Below are positions 48,516 to 58,197 of a stretch of 64,000 nt of DNA, in pieces. The notes under the pieces were generated by a model. The model saw only the letters and a program-made list of their open reading frames with translations. It searched no databases and was not told where the DNA came from. Origin of the DNA: Patescibacteria group bacterium (lineage in GTDB: Bacteria; Patescibacteriota; Patescibacteriia; JAQUQO01); contig JAQUQO010000001.1 of NCBI GenBank assembly GCA_028716045.1, forward strand, positions 798,343-862,342. Reading direction: 5' to 3'. Positions within the stretch are counted from its first letter, which is position 1; every line of letters starts with the position of its first letter. Both the position numbers and the translations under genes were made by a program.

Positions 48516-49076
48516 ATGATTTTCAGCGCAGGAGAAATCGTGGCGTATCTATCTTATGGTCTTTGTGAAATTAAAGAGGCCGTGGAAACAAAAAATGGTG
48601 AGAAGGATATCGTTTGTTTGGTGCTCGTTCCTCTTTTTAGAAACGGCAGCAAAACAAGGGTAAGTATGTCTTTTTATGCCAAAGACCCCCGCCGGGGGTT
48701 GCGGTATCCTGTTGGCAAGGAAGAGGCAGAGAAGATTTTGCGTCTGCTGGGGGATAAAAGAAAGAAGTTGAATTTAAAAAATGAATGGTCTGCCAAGTGG
48801 AAAGAATGCGACAGAATTCTGAATTCCGGAGATTTAGCAAGGATTGCCCAGCTGGCGCTTTACCTTTCCTTTCTTAAAAAAATGAACCCGAAAAATCTGT
48901 CTTTTGGCAACGAGCGCCGTTTAGAAAAAGCCTGGTTTCTATTATCAAGTGAAATTGCTTATGTCCTTGGCAAAGGGGCAGATCAAGTGAAAGAAGAAAT
49001 CAGGGCAATTGTTGATAAGCATTGGTCTAAAAAACCCCCGCGCAAAAAGGTCAAAAAACATAAAAAGCGCCGCTAA
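48516..49076 (+). CDS. CarD-family transcriptional regulator (divergent)
   Basis: FSAGEIVAY..YGLCEI RNAP-interaction domain; W..K..SGDL..IA..ERRL..A..LL.SEIA. Confidence 0.65.
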   Translation: MIFSAGEIVAYLSYGLCEIKEAVETKNGEKDIVCLVLVPLFRNGSKTRVSMSFYAKDPRRGLRYPVGKEEAEKILRLLGDKRKKLNLKNEWSAKWKECDRILNSGDLARIAQLALYLSFLKKMNPKNLSFGNERRLEKAWFLLSSEIAYVLGKGADQVKEEIRAIVDKHWSKKPPRKKVKKHKKRR

Positions 49077-49138
49077 TAACCGGCGCTTTTTTATTGGGTA
49101 AGGCGTGGGTTTGGGTTATGGCAATAGGCCCTTACCCA

Positions 49139-49167
49139 TTGACAAATTGGCAGAATTATGCTATAAT
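49139..49167 (+). promoter_or_regulatory. Consensus sigma70 promoter
   Basis: TTGACA-N17-TATAAT with a TG extension. Confidence 0.8.
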
Positions 49168-49252
49168 AATTTGTTTATGTTATAATAGAAAAAAGAAATA
49201 GGAGGGAAAGGGAAGGCGGCGGAATTTAACCCCAAAATACAGGAGGTCCAAA

Positions 49253-49318
49253 ATGAAGAAGAATCAATTTATTATTTTTTTGGAATTGAGGGGTATTAAT
49301 AACCGCGAGAGGAGGTGA
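49253..49318 (+). CDS. Putative 21-aa micropeptide
   Basis: AGGAGGT SD then MKKNQFIIFLELRGINNRERR*; lies between the promoter at 49139 and the terminator at 49366-49392. Confidence 0.4.
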   Translation: MKKNQFIIFLELRGINNRERR

Positions 49319-49428
49319 TCCGGGGATTTCTGAACCCTTACGGTGGGTTCAAATATGAAATTTTTCGGTCCCGAGTAATCGGGACCGTTTTTTGCTTTTT
49401 AAGGGCCAAAATGATATTATAGTTTAAT

Positions 49429-49986
49429 ATGTTAGCGTATTTAAAAGGGAAAATAGTTTATTTGGGATTTAACTCGGTAATTATAGAAAACGGGCAGGGC
49501 CTTGGCTATGAAATTTTTTTATTGCCCAAGCAGGCCGTCCGGCTGAAAGCCGGCGCAATAGCGGAATTTTATCTTTATGAGAATATCCGTGAAGATGCTT
49601 ATGATTTGTACGGCTTTTTGACCATGGAAGAGCTGGCTTTTTTTAAAAAATTAATCAATGTCAGCGGCGTCGGGCCGAAATCAGCCCAGCTTATTTTGGG
49701 CTTGGGGAAAATTGCCGAGATAGAGTCGGCCATAGACAGCGGTAACGTGGATTTTTTGACCCGTGTTTCCGGCATCGGGACCAAGACCGCCGAACGAATA
49801 ATTTTGGAGTTGAAGGGAAAACTTATTTTTAGCAATAAGCCCAAAGAAGAAAGCGACATTGAAGCCATCGACGCGTTGATGAAGTTGGGATATACTAAAG
49901 TCCAAGCCGGCGAGGCGGTCGGGGGAGTGAGCGAGGCCAAAACCACCGAAGAAAAAATAAAAATGGCGTTAAAAAATTTAGGGTAA
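49429..49986 (+). CDS. ruvA: Holliday junction branch migration protein
   Basis: GLGYEI, REDA..LYGF, VSGVGPKSA, GIGTKTAERIILELK and ALMKLGY. Confidence 0.95.
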   Translation: MLAYLKGKIVYLGFNSVIIENGQGLGYEIFLLPKQAVRLKAGAIAEFYLYENIREDAYDLYGFLTMEELAFFKKLINVSGVGPKSAQLILGLGKIAEIESAIDSGNVDFLTRVSGIGTKTAERIILELKGKLIFSNKPKEESDIEAIDALMKLGYTKVQAGEAVGGVSEAKTTEEKIKMALKNLG

Positions 49987-49994
49987 TATTAAAA

Positions 49995-50978
49995 ATGAAA
50001 ATTGTTGAAATAAAAGATAAAATTTTTTGGAATAATTTTGTAAAGCAGAATGGAGAATATTCTGCTTTTTTGCAGTCATGGGAATGGGGCGAGTTTCAGA
50101 AAAATTTAGGTCGAAAATTTTGGAGATTGGGAGGAGAAGAAGACGGTCAGCTTATTGGGGTGGCATTAGTTATTAAAAATAATTTACCACTGGGGAAAAG
50201 TTATTTGTATATACCGAGAGGGCCGATAACAACTTATAACTCACAACTTGAAACTCATAACTTTTTAGAAAAAATTATTGAGTATATTAATGACAAGAGC
50301 ATTATTTTTATGAGATTTGAGCCGCCACAGCAATTTACAATTGACAATTTACAATTGACAGCCAAAAAAGTTGGCGCTGTTCAACCTGAGCATTCCTTGA
50401 TTTTGGATTTAGGCAAGAGTGAGGAAGAATTATTGGGAGCGATGCATCCTAAAACCCGTTACAATATTCATTTAGCCGAGAAAAGGGGAGTAAAGGTTTA
50501 TTTTCGGAAAGAAAAAGAAGACGCAGAGAATTTTTGGCGGCTGCTTCAGGAAACCGCCAGCCGCGATGAATTTAGAGCTCACGATAAAAATTATTATCAG
50601 AGGATGTTGGAATTAGAAAATGTTTATGTGGCGACAGCGGAATATCAGGGTAAGGTTTTAGCGGCGAATATAATTATCAATTGGGGCGAGACAGCCACAT
50701 ATTTACACGGCGCTTCTTCTAATCAAGAACGGCAGGTAATGGCGCCGCATCTTTTGCAATGGGAGACAATTAAAAGAGCCAAAGCCGAGGGGTATAAATA
50801 TTATGATTTTTGGGGCATTGCTCCCCCGGGTTCTTCTAAAGCCAAATCCTGGGCGGGAATAACTAGATTTAAAAAAGGTTTCGGAGGAGAAGAAGTAAAA
50901 TATCCCGGAACCTACGATAAAGTTATTAGTGCTTGGTGGTACCAATTTTATAATTTAGGGAGAAAAGTCATCTTTTAA
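49995..50978 (+). CDS. FemAB/FemX-family peptidoglycan bridge aminoacyltransferase
   Basis: FLQSWEWGEFQ, YIPRGP, KTRYNI, YLHGASS, YDFWG and FKKGFGG. Confidence 0.9.
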   Translation: MKIVEIKDKIFWNNFVKQNGEYSAFLQSWEWGEFQKNLGRKFWRLGGEEDGQLIGVALVIKNNLPLGKSYLYIPRGPITTYNSQLETHNFLEKIIEYINDKSIIFMRFEPPQQFTIDNLQLTAKKVGAVQPEHSLILDLGKSEEELLGAMHPKTRYNIHLAEKRGVKVYFRKEKEDAENFWRLLQETASRDEFRAHDKNYYQRMLELENVYVATAEYQGKVLAANIIINWGETATYLHGASSNQERQVMAPHLLQWETIKRAKAEGYKYYDFWGIAPPGSSKAKSWAGITRFKKGFGGEEVKYPGTYDKVISAWWYQFYNLGRKVIF

Positions 50979-51040
50979 AATTTTGGGTAAAAAATAAAAA
51001 CTCCCCCGTATTCCGCCGGGGGAGTTTTTGAAATAGAAAA

Positions 51041-52948
51041 TTATTTACTTACGATTCCCTTACCCTCGGCCATGGGGTCACTGTCTAAATTAGTGGTAAC
51101 GGGTCCGGCGGTAAGGAGAATTTGAGCGTTAGTTTTTTTATCATAGGCCTCCAGCGCGGTTTCGGGCGTGAGTTTGATAAAATTACCGGCCTCGGCAGGT
51201 GTGGGGGTAATACTGACTTCAAAACTCCCCTCCAGCTCTCTTACTGAAAGCGGGAGGCGATTGATAGTCCAGATTATTTCCCTGGTATTGACGTTAAAAT
51301 TTAACTGCCCGGCGGAAACTACCGATTTGCCGGTCCAATAAACATTGTCCGGCAGGATAGTTTTAACCTTGACATTGGAAATTTCATGGACAGAATTAGA
51401 GAGTTTCCAGATGACGCGGTAGCTAGTGGCTTTATTGACTTCGGGCGGTAAAGGGCCGGAACCGAGCGCGATATTGTCATCGTTAAAATAGCGGCCCATA
51501 ACTTCCAGCGCCAAATCAGAATTCAGCTCATTGGCGATTGTTTTGGAAGTAATAGTCGTGCCGGTTTTGGAATCACCTACTTCCCCGATTTCTATATCTA
51601 CCCAACTTAATAATGAACTGGCGATTTCTCCTTCTCCCTTGAAATCAGCCCGATTTTTTATTTTAATTTGCCAATTTATTGTGCCTTCTTCGTCTGGTTT
51701 AAGCGTGGCCAAAGATTTAATTTCTTCGCTGGTCCAGATTATTTTTTGGCCCTCTATTTTGCCCTCGTTTTCATCGACTAAACTTTTCCAATCGGGGAGA
51801 TCGCCGGACAGATTAGCTTTAATTACTAAATCTTTAATCGTCGTTTGCCCTTTGTTTTTATAGACCAAAGAATAATTTAAAGTATCGCCGAAGTTGATTG
51901 TTTGATTGTCAGTTGAACCGTTGATGATTAAATTAGCGATTAGTTCACCCTTGAGCACTTCCAAGAGAAAGGTTTTTTCTTGCTGTAAATACCATTCACC
52001 GGTGGCGTTTTGCAAACTGACTTGCAGGGTGATTTCTTGTTTGCCGCTGGTATCAGAAAGAAAGGTTCCGGAGAAATCTATTTTTTGCTCTTCTGCCGGT
52101 TTGAGTTCCGGAATTATCCAGGCATTTTCCTCGGCCGGTTCAACAATAGCCTTGAGAGATAGATTATCTGGTTTGCGAATGGATATTTTGATATTAGTAA
52201 GCGCTTCCGGAGAATTGTTTTTATACTTTATGGAAAAATCAGTCGGTTCGCCGGCGATAATCTCCTCCGGAGAATCAAGCGCCACGTCAATTACCGAGGA
52301 AGTTATTTTAGTATTTAAGGAAGCCACTTCTTGAAAGTCAGCGTTGAAATTAGAGGGGCGATAATCAAAATAAATAGTGATGGTTTTGTCGGAATTGATA
52401 TTACCGAGAAGCTTGCCGGTAATTTTTATTTCACCTTCGGAGCGAGAGGCGATAGTGCCCAGCGACCAGCGGTTTTTATTTTCATTCAGAGGCTGGGGCG
52501 TGGCGGAAGCGAAAACAAACCCTTGGGGATATTGGGCGGTAATTTCCACTTTAGAGATGGGGATTTTTTCCTCATTGCGATATTTAACGATATAATTTAT
52601 TTCTTGACCGGAGGAAAAAGTTTCCGGGCCGGTTATTTCCACGCGGATATTTTCCCCTTTAAATTTTGTTAAACCGCCAAAAACAAAAAACCCCAGCCAG
52701 GCGGCGATGGCCAGCAGACCGAGAAAGGAGCCGGTCAGTATCAGGGTATTCCTTAGACGATGAGATTTGATTTTTTCCAGCTTAGACATGTCCGGCAAGC
52801 CATTTTCGTCTTTATAGATGCCGATAAGTTCTTCCGGCACAGACCGTTTGCCGTTTTTTTGAGTTTTTATTTTGGCCAGAGTTTTATTCTTTCCTATCTC
52901 GGTAGCGATGTCTCGGGGCGTAATTTTGGGTTTACTATTTTTAGCCAT
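51041..52948 (-). CDS. Membrane-anchored Ig-like repeat (DUF11-like) protein
   Basis: Single TM followed by repeated Y.(I/L).YKN beta-rich domains; start taken at ATG 52948. Confidence 0.7.
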   Translation of the reverse strand: MAKNSKPKITPRDIATEIGKNKTLAKIKTQKNGKRSVPEELIGIYKDENGLPDMSKLEKIKSHRLRNTLILTGSFLGLLAIAAWLGFFVFGGLTKFKGENIRVEITGPETFSSGQEINYIVKYRNEEKIPISKVEITAQYPQGFVFASATPQPLNENKNRWSLGTIASRSEGEIKITGKLLGNINSDKTITIYFDYRPSNFNADFQEVASLNTKITSSVIDVALDSPEEIIAGEPTDFSIKYKNNSPEALTNIKISIRKPDNLSLKAIVEPAEENAWIIPELKPAEEQKIDFSGTFLSDTSGKQEITLQVSLQNATGEWYLQQEKTFLLEVLKGELIANLIINGSTDNQTINFGDTLNYSLVYKNKGQTTIKDLVIKANLSGDLPDWKSLVDENEGKIEGQKIIWTSEEIKSLATLKPDEEGTINWQIKIKNRADFKGEGEIASSLLSWVDIEIGEVGDSKTGTTITSKTIANELNSDLALEVMGRYFNDDNIALGSGPLPPEVNKATSYRVIWKLSNSVHEISNVKVKTILPDNVYWTGKSVVSAGQLNFNVNTREIIWTINRLPLSVRELEGSFEVSITPTPAEAGNFIKLTPETALEAYDKKTNAQILLTAGPVTTNLDSDPMAEGKGIVSK

Positions 52949-52971
52949 ATTTTTATAAGTAGCGATAAAAA

Positions 52972-55755
52972 TTATTTTTGGAGAATAAAGGCAGTCACCC
53001 GGTCGGTGGAGAGCGGGAAGGAAGCTTTCCAAATATCATCCGCCGCCACCTGCAAAGCGTGAGGATATTTCCAGAACATTTTCAAATTATTCGGAAGTTT
53101 TATGGTTTGGGAAAAATGTCCGTTAGTGCCAGCCTGTTTTTGGATAAGCAGCGTGTAGAGATATTTTTCCGCTTTACTATCTTTTAAAAAGCTCAAAAAA
53201 CTTTTATTTTGTCCTTTACTTTTCAAAACAAACGGCAGGCGATATTTAAAAGTAAGAGAACGAGAGTGCCCGGGCTTAACCTGAAGCCAATTGGCAAAAG
53301 CCGTCTTGCCAAATTCGGTCGTTATTTCCGTCCCCGTCGCCTTATCGATTGCTGCGGGCCCGATAATTTTTTGGAGATCTGGGTCGGAAATTAAATTATC
53401 AGCCGGCTTTTCAAAAAGTTCATTTTCCGGTTTACTTTGCCCTTCTACCGCTAAAAGCTCACTGCCTTGCGGCACGTATATTTTTAAATAATCTATATTT
53501 TTAGTTCCGACAAATTCCTCCCCCTCTGCCCCGCGATGCGTTTTAGTAATTTTCACCGTATTAATTATTTCTCCGTTTTTGTTTATCTCCGTGGAGAGTG
53601 AAATTTCTTCATCAATGACGCGGTCGCTTTTACCTCCCGCGATATTGGTGTGAACTACCGCTAAATAGTCGCAGGGAGCGGTTTGTAGGCTTCCGCTCCA
53701 GCCCAAATTATCTACAAGTTTTTCCAATTGCGGTTCGTTAAAATACAGCTGAATGTCTTTCTCGTCCAGCGCTTCATTAATTATTCGCAGCATACGAAGA
53801 TATTGCCCCTGATCGCTTTGCAGAATTTTTTCTAACAGTTCGCCGGTTAAATCGCCGATAATTTTTTTAGATTTAGCGGTTTCGGCGAATTTTTTTTCGG
53901 CCTCTTTTTGGGCGATTCGCCAGAAATTTCCGCTGTTAATGGTCGCGCCATATTCTGACTCCATACTAATGGGTCCAGTAATCTCCAGAAGTTTTTCCAC
54001 TACTGACGGCGTAATAGCGATTACTCCGTCAATCGTCGGGCCGCCGCTTTTTTCGTAGAACCACATCATTTTTTGAGCGGAAGTTGGAAAGTCAGCAAAC
54101 CAATTGGAGTCCTGAAATTGCCAGCGCGTGTTAACAAGATGCAACGGTTCCGGCGCCAAAACAAATTCTTTCAATCCGCCATTCATATCATAGGTCCCGC
54201 CCCCGGGGATTTTCAGTTTTTTTATTTCTCCACGGTCAAGGTCTAAAAGAGCAAAACTGCCTAAAAACCCGCCGGTCGGGCGAAGTTCGGCGTTATTTTG
54301 AAAAAATATCAAATATCTTTTTCCTTCTTCGTGCCCCAAAACGCGGAGCAGGGCGTCGGAAAATTTGGTGAAATTTTTAATGTTGACGATTAAAAGGGGT
54401 AATGATTTTTGAGTAAGTTTAAAAGTTTCGCGGTACTCCAATGGTATAGTTTCACTTTTAATTTCAGAGATATTAAGGCCGGCTTCTTCGAGGAGCGGCA
54501 AGGATTTTTTAATAGAACTATCCAGCAAACTAAGTTTTTGAGTAAGATGTAGGCCGGGTTTTTTTTCTAAAGAAGAAAAAACATTGGTTAGAATTTTCCC
54601 GGCGGCCGCGATGTTTTCTCCGGCTTTGATGAGTTTAGCCCCGGCAGTTATTTGGTTATCAACCGGTAAGATGTTAGCCATGGCGTTAAGAGCGGAGTTT
54701 AAACCGCCAAGTTCCTGCCGGACGGTTTCAAAATTTTTAAGAGCCAGCGCAAATTCTTCCCCCGCTTGCCCGGGATTTTTAAAACTTTCATTTTTACCTC
54801 CTTCAAGATGCGCCAAGGCCTCGGAGCTGATGCCTAAAATTTTTCCTTTAGTTTCTTTTAAAGATTCGTAATAAGCGATGCCTCGGAGCGGCAGAACAAT
54901 CATTATTCCCAAAAGGCAGAAAGAGATTAGTTTTCTTCCCCATCCTTCCGGCGGGACAATTTCCAGCGCCAGCAGGCGGTTATTAATTTGTTTAAAGAAC
55001 CAGGCGCAGAAAATAAACGGCGCAGCGATAATTCCGCCGATAATTTTTAGAATACTGCCGGCAGTTGCCAGATATCCCCTGGCGTTTTTTTTAACCGCCG
55101 GGGGAAAGAAAAAATTTCCTAAAAAACGGAACGCGGCGGTTAGGGTTTTAGCCAAATAAATAAAGCCGCGGAAAATTTTATAAAACCCTAGTCCGACAAG
55201 TTCAAATAAATTAACAATAAGAAGTTCTTTTTTGATTGGTTCTTCCCAAGTTTTCAGATGGTCCTTAGTCACGGAGGCGGCCGGCAATTTAATTTTTGGC
55301 CAAAAAATTCCCTTTTTATTCAGGTTGCCTGTTAACGGGGAAGCATTTTTACTAAGTAGCGGCTGTTCGGCGGAAGAAGTTTTTTTCAAATCAATAATAT
55401 ATGGGGATTTTTTGTGAAGATAAGAATTGTCGCGGATTATTTTGATTTCCGTTTTTACCGTTGGTTTAGTTGTGTAGCCGCGCGGCGGGGTTTCTTTTTT
55501 TTCGGAAACAAAGTTTAGGGCTTTGGTAATCGGCAGGTTATAGAGAGTTTTCCGAGGGGAGATTCTAAGTGATTTAATGGTTTGATATTTTTTTAATTTT
55601 TTTTCCGCCCAAAGCAAGGCTTCTTCAAGAGTTTGTCTTTTGGGAGCTGTTTCCTTTTTACTAAGTTTATTTAATTTTAGAGCCTTCCTCTTTTTTGCCA
55701 GCAAGGTTTTTCTTTTAATTTTCTTTGGGCTTTTTTGTTTTTTAGTTTTAGCCAT
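52972..55755 (-). CDS. DUF4012-domain membrane protein
   Basis: YLIFFQNNAELRPTGGFLGS, DSNWFADFPTSA, IDGVIA, GGKSD and QKQAG. Confidence 0.85.
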   Translation of the reverse strand: MAKTKKQKSPKKIKRKTLLAKKRKALKLNKLSKKETAPKRQTLEEALLWAEKKLKKYQTIKSLRISPRKTLYNLPITKALNFVSEKKETPPRGYTTKPTVKTEIKIIRDNSYLHKKSPYIIDLKKTSSAEQPLLSKNASPLTGNLNKKGIFWPKIKLPAASVTKDHLKTWEEPIKKELLIVNLFELVGLGFYKIFRGFIYLAKTLTAAFRFLGNFFFPPAVKKNARGYLATAGSILKIIGGIIAAPFIFCAWFFKQINNRLLALEIVPPEGWGRKLISFCLLGIMIVLPLRGIAYYESLKETKGKILGISSEALAHLEGGKNESFKNPGQAGEEFALALKNFETVRQELGGLNSALNAMANILPVDNQITAGAKLIKAGENIAAAGKILTNVFSSLEKKPGLHLTQKLSLLDSSIKKSLPLLEEAGLNISEIKSETIPLEYRETFKLTQKSLPLLIVNIKNFTKFSDALLRVLGHEEGKRYLIFFQNNAELRPTGGFLGSFALLDLDRGEIKKLKIPGGGTYDMNGGLKEFVLAPEPLHLVNTRWQFQDSNWFADFPTSAQKMMWFYEKSGGPTIDGVIAITPSVVEKLLEITGPISMESEYGATINSGNFWRIAQKEAEKKFAETAKSKKIIGDLTGELLEKILQSDQGQYLRMLRIINEALDEKDIQLYFNEPQLEKLVDNLGWSGSLQTAPCDYLAVVHTNIAGGKSDRVIDEEISLSTEINKNGEIINTVKITKTHRGAEGEEFVGTKNIDYLKIYVPQGSELLAVEGQSKPENELFEKPADNLISDPDLQKIIGPAAIDKATGTEITTEFGKTAFANWLQVKPGHSRSLTFKYRLPFVLKSKGQNKSFLSFLKDSKAEKYLYTLLIQKQAGTNGHFSQTIKLPNNLKMFWKYPHALQVAADDIWKASFPLSTDRVTAFILQK

Positions 55756-56881
55756 GAAATTGGTTTTTGAGGCTATTATAGGCGATTAAAGTTTTGTGCG
55801 CTGTTTCCCGCCAGCTGTACTTTTTTATTTGTTCAAATCCTTTTTTCTTTAAGTCGGCGCGGAACCCTTCGTCTTTTAGAGCGCGGGTTATCACTTCCGC
55901 AGTATTTTCCAGATTTTGAGGGTCAAAGTAAACGGCCGCTTCGCCCAGCACTTCGGGCAGGGATGAGGTCTTGGCGGCCGCTACCGGCAGGCCGTAAATC
56001 ATGGCTTCCAGCGGAGGCAGGCCAAAACCTTCAAACATAGAGGGGAAAACATATAACTGGGCGTGGCGATAAAGGTCGGCGAGAATGGCTTCCGGCGCAA
56101 AACCGAAAAAGATAACGTCGGGGTCATTATTTCCTTTTTCTAATCTTTCATAGAAATAATCTTTTTTGCCGACCAATACCAATTGTAGATTATCGTTAAA
56201 CCCACCCTTTATTTTTTTGAAAATTTGGATTAAGAGTTCCAGATTTTTGTGAGGATAGGCATTGCCGACGTAAAGTAAAAATGGTTTGGATATTCCACAT
56301 TCGCCAAGAAATTTTTTTTCCGGCATTTTCAGCTGGCCGTGTTCCACCCCGTCGCAGGCGCAGTAAGTGACGATAATTTTTTCCGCCGGAACTTTAAAAT
56401 GTTTTAGAATATCCTGCTTGGTAAATTCCGAAACGGCAAAAATTTTTTCTGCTTTGTTTACCGCCCGTCTAATCACTTTTTTATAGACCCAGTATTTTAT
56501 TTTATAAAACAGCGGCGAAAGAGTGGTGGCCCGCACGGTGGGGAAGCGATAAAGAATCAGGTCATGGATGGTGACAACGAACGGCCGGTTATAAAAAATC
56601 GGAATGTTGAAATGAGGAAAGTGCATCAGGTCAACTTGGGCGCGGCGGATGACGCGGGGCATCAGCAATTGTTCCGCCATGGTGTACCAGCGGTAATCGG
56701 CCAGAACTTTTTTAAAGCGAGGATTGCTCGGCTGGTAAGAATTCCAGTTTTCTTTTCGTAAAAAAATAACATATTGGTTTTCTTGGTCAAGACGTTCCAA
56801 ATTTTCAATCAGCCGCTCGGTGTAGCGCCCGAGGCCTTTGCCGACTGGACCAAAAAATCTAGCATCAATTCCTATTTTCAT
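55748..56881 (-). CDS. Glycosyltransferase family 4
   Basis: MKIGIDAR, TIHDL, YVGN..PHKN and EGFGLPPLEAM. Confidence 0.92.
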   Translation of the reverse strand: MKIGIDARFFGPVGKGLGRYTERLIENLERLDQENQYVIFLRKENWNSYQPSNPRFKKVLADYRWYTMAEQLLMPRVIRRAQVDLMHFPHFNIPIFYNRPFVVTIHDLILYRFPTVRATTLSPLFYKIKYWVYKKVIRRAVNKAEKIFAVSEFTKQDILKHFKVPAEKIIVTYCACDGVEHGQLKMPEKKFLGECGISKPFLLYVGNAYPHKNLELLIQIFKKIKGGFNDNLQLVLVGKKDYFYERLEKGNNDPDVIFFGFAPEAILADLYRHAQLYVFPSMFEGFGLPPLEAMIYGLPVAAAKTSSLPEVLGEAAVYFDPQNLENTAEVITRALKDEGFRADLKKKGFEQIKKYSWRETAHKTLIAYNSLKNQFHG

Positions 56882-57113
56882 AGGGTTATTATAGCACAAA
56901 TGTTAAAATCGTTAAAGCTGTTCGGTCGTACTAGGCGTCAGTTTAGAATGACACGTTAAAATGTGGCGAACATATTATTCCCCTCCTTAGACAAGCCTGC
57001 CTGCGGTTCGACTGAGCTCACCGAAGTCCGGCAGACAGGGTGGTTGAATTTTTGTTTTTTTAAAATAAAAACGGCGTCTGATTTCAGACGCCGGTAGTTT
57101 TTTGAGGAATTTT

Positions 57114-57929
57114 TTAGCTGGCCGGGGTGAGGTGGAATTTGAACAGCCGCTTGGAAATAATCTCGTAATTGACTATTCCAAACCCTGCTCCAAAGATTCC
57201 GCCGCAGATGACGAGAAAGATAAAAGTCGCGGTAGTAAGCGGGGCAAGGTTTAAGCTTAAGAAATAGGCAATCATTGTCCCTAACCCCGCGTCCACTCCG
57301 CAGAGCAGCCGTTCGTTAGAATGGATGAGTTTGAAGAGGGTCCAGGGGAATTTTACTGCAAATTTTAATACGCCGATAATTATGGCAGAGGATAAAACCA
57401 AAGTACCCTGAAGTAAGAATATTATTCTCCGCCCCGACATTCGGACAATTTTACCGTAAGGGAGTGAGAAAATGTCATTTATGTTTATTTTATCCCCACT
57501 TTCAGACGCCACAAGAAGCATTGTGACAATAAATAGGGCAAACCCACAAAGGAGAGAAAGGAAGATGAAGAGGAAAGTTATAACCGGAATTCCTTCTGGG
57601 ATTATCGGGTTTGACGTAAAAGATGGGAGAAATGTTAAAGTAGTGAAAAAGACAGAGCTATAAAATAACCCCAAGAAGAAAGCCGGCCGTTCCTCGAAAA
57701 AAAATTCCTTTAGTTCCATAAATATTGGGGAGAATATTTTTTTAGCTGTCATCTCCCACGCTTCCGGTATAGCCGCCAGCACTGCGCGGAATTCGTAAGC
57801 AAGGTACCCGGCGGCAAAGCCGGCGAATACTCCCAGCCACCAAAACATGGGGGCGACAAGCAGTGCCACGATTGTGCCAATCACTCCGCCGATAAAGCAG
57901 GCCAAGCCAATCTTATAAGTTTTTCTCAT
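57114..57929 (-). CDS. Hypothetical multi-TM protein
   Basis: Several hydrophobic segments; its own promoter, SD and terminator. Confidence 0.7.
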   Translation of the reverse strand: MRKTYKIGLACFIGGVIGTIVALLVAPMFWWLGVFAGFAAGYLAYEFRAVLAAIPEAWEMTAKKIFSPIFMELKEFFFEERPAFFLGLFYSSVFFTTLTFLPSFTSNPIIPEGIPVITFLFIFLSLLCGFALFIVTMLLVASESGDKININDIFSLPYGKIVRMSGRRIIFLLQGTLVLSSAIIIGVLKFAVKFPWTLFKLIHSNERLLCGVDAGLGTMIAYFLSLNLAPLTTATFIFLVICGGIFGAGFGIVNYEIISKRLFKFHLTPAS

Positions 57930-58197
57930 TTTTCGTTCCTTTCTTATGTTGTTTAATTTTCAATTTACGTTATTTTAACCTTAAAATAGTTATTTTCAAG
58001 GATTTTTTATTGTATATTTTTTATGAAAATTTGTCAAGGGCTATATAGTTTATTTATGGATTTAATAAGTCATCGTAAAAACACCTCTCTGCCTCTCCCT
58101 TTTTCAAAGGGAGAGAACGCGCTAAATTTTTTTATCCCCCCTTGAAAAAGGGGGTGCTCCGATCCCGAGGACTCGGGATCGGAGCGGGGGATTTTAG

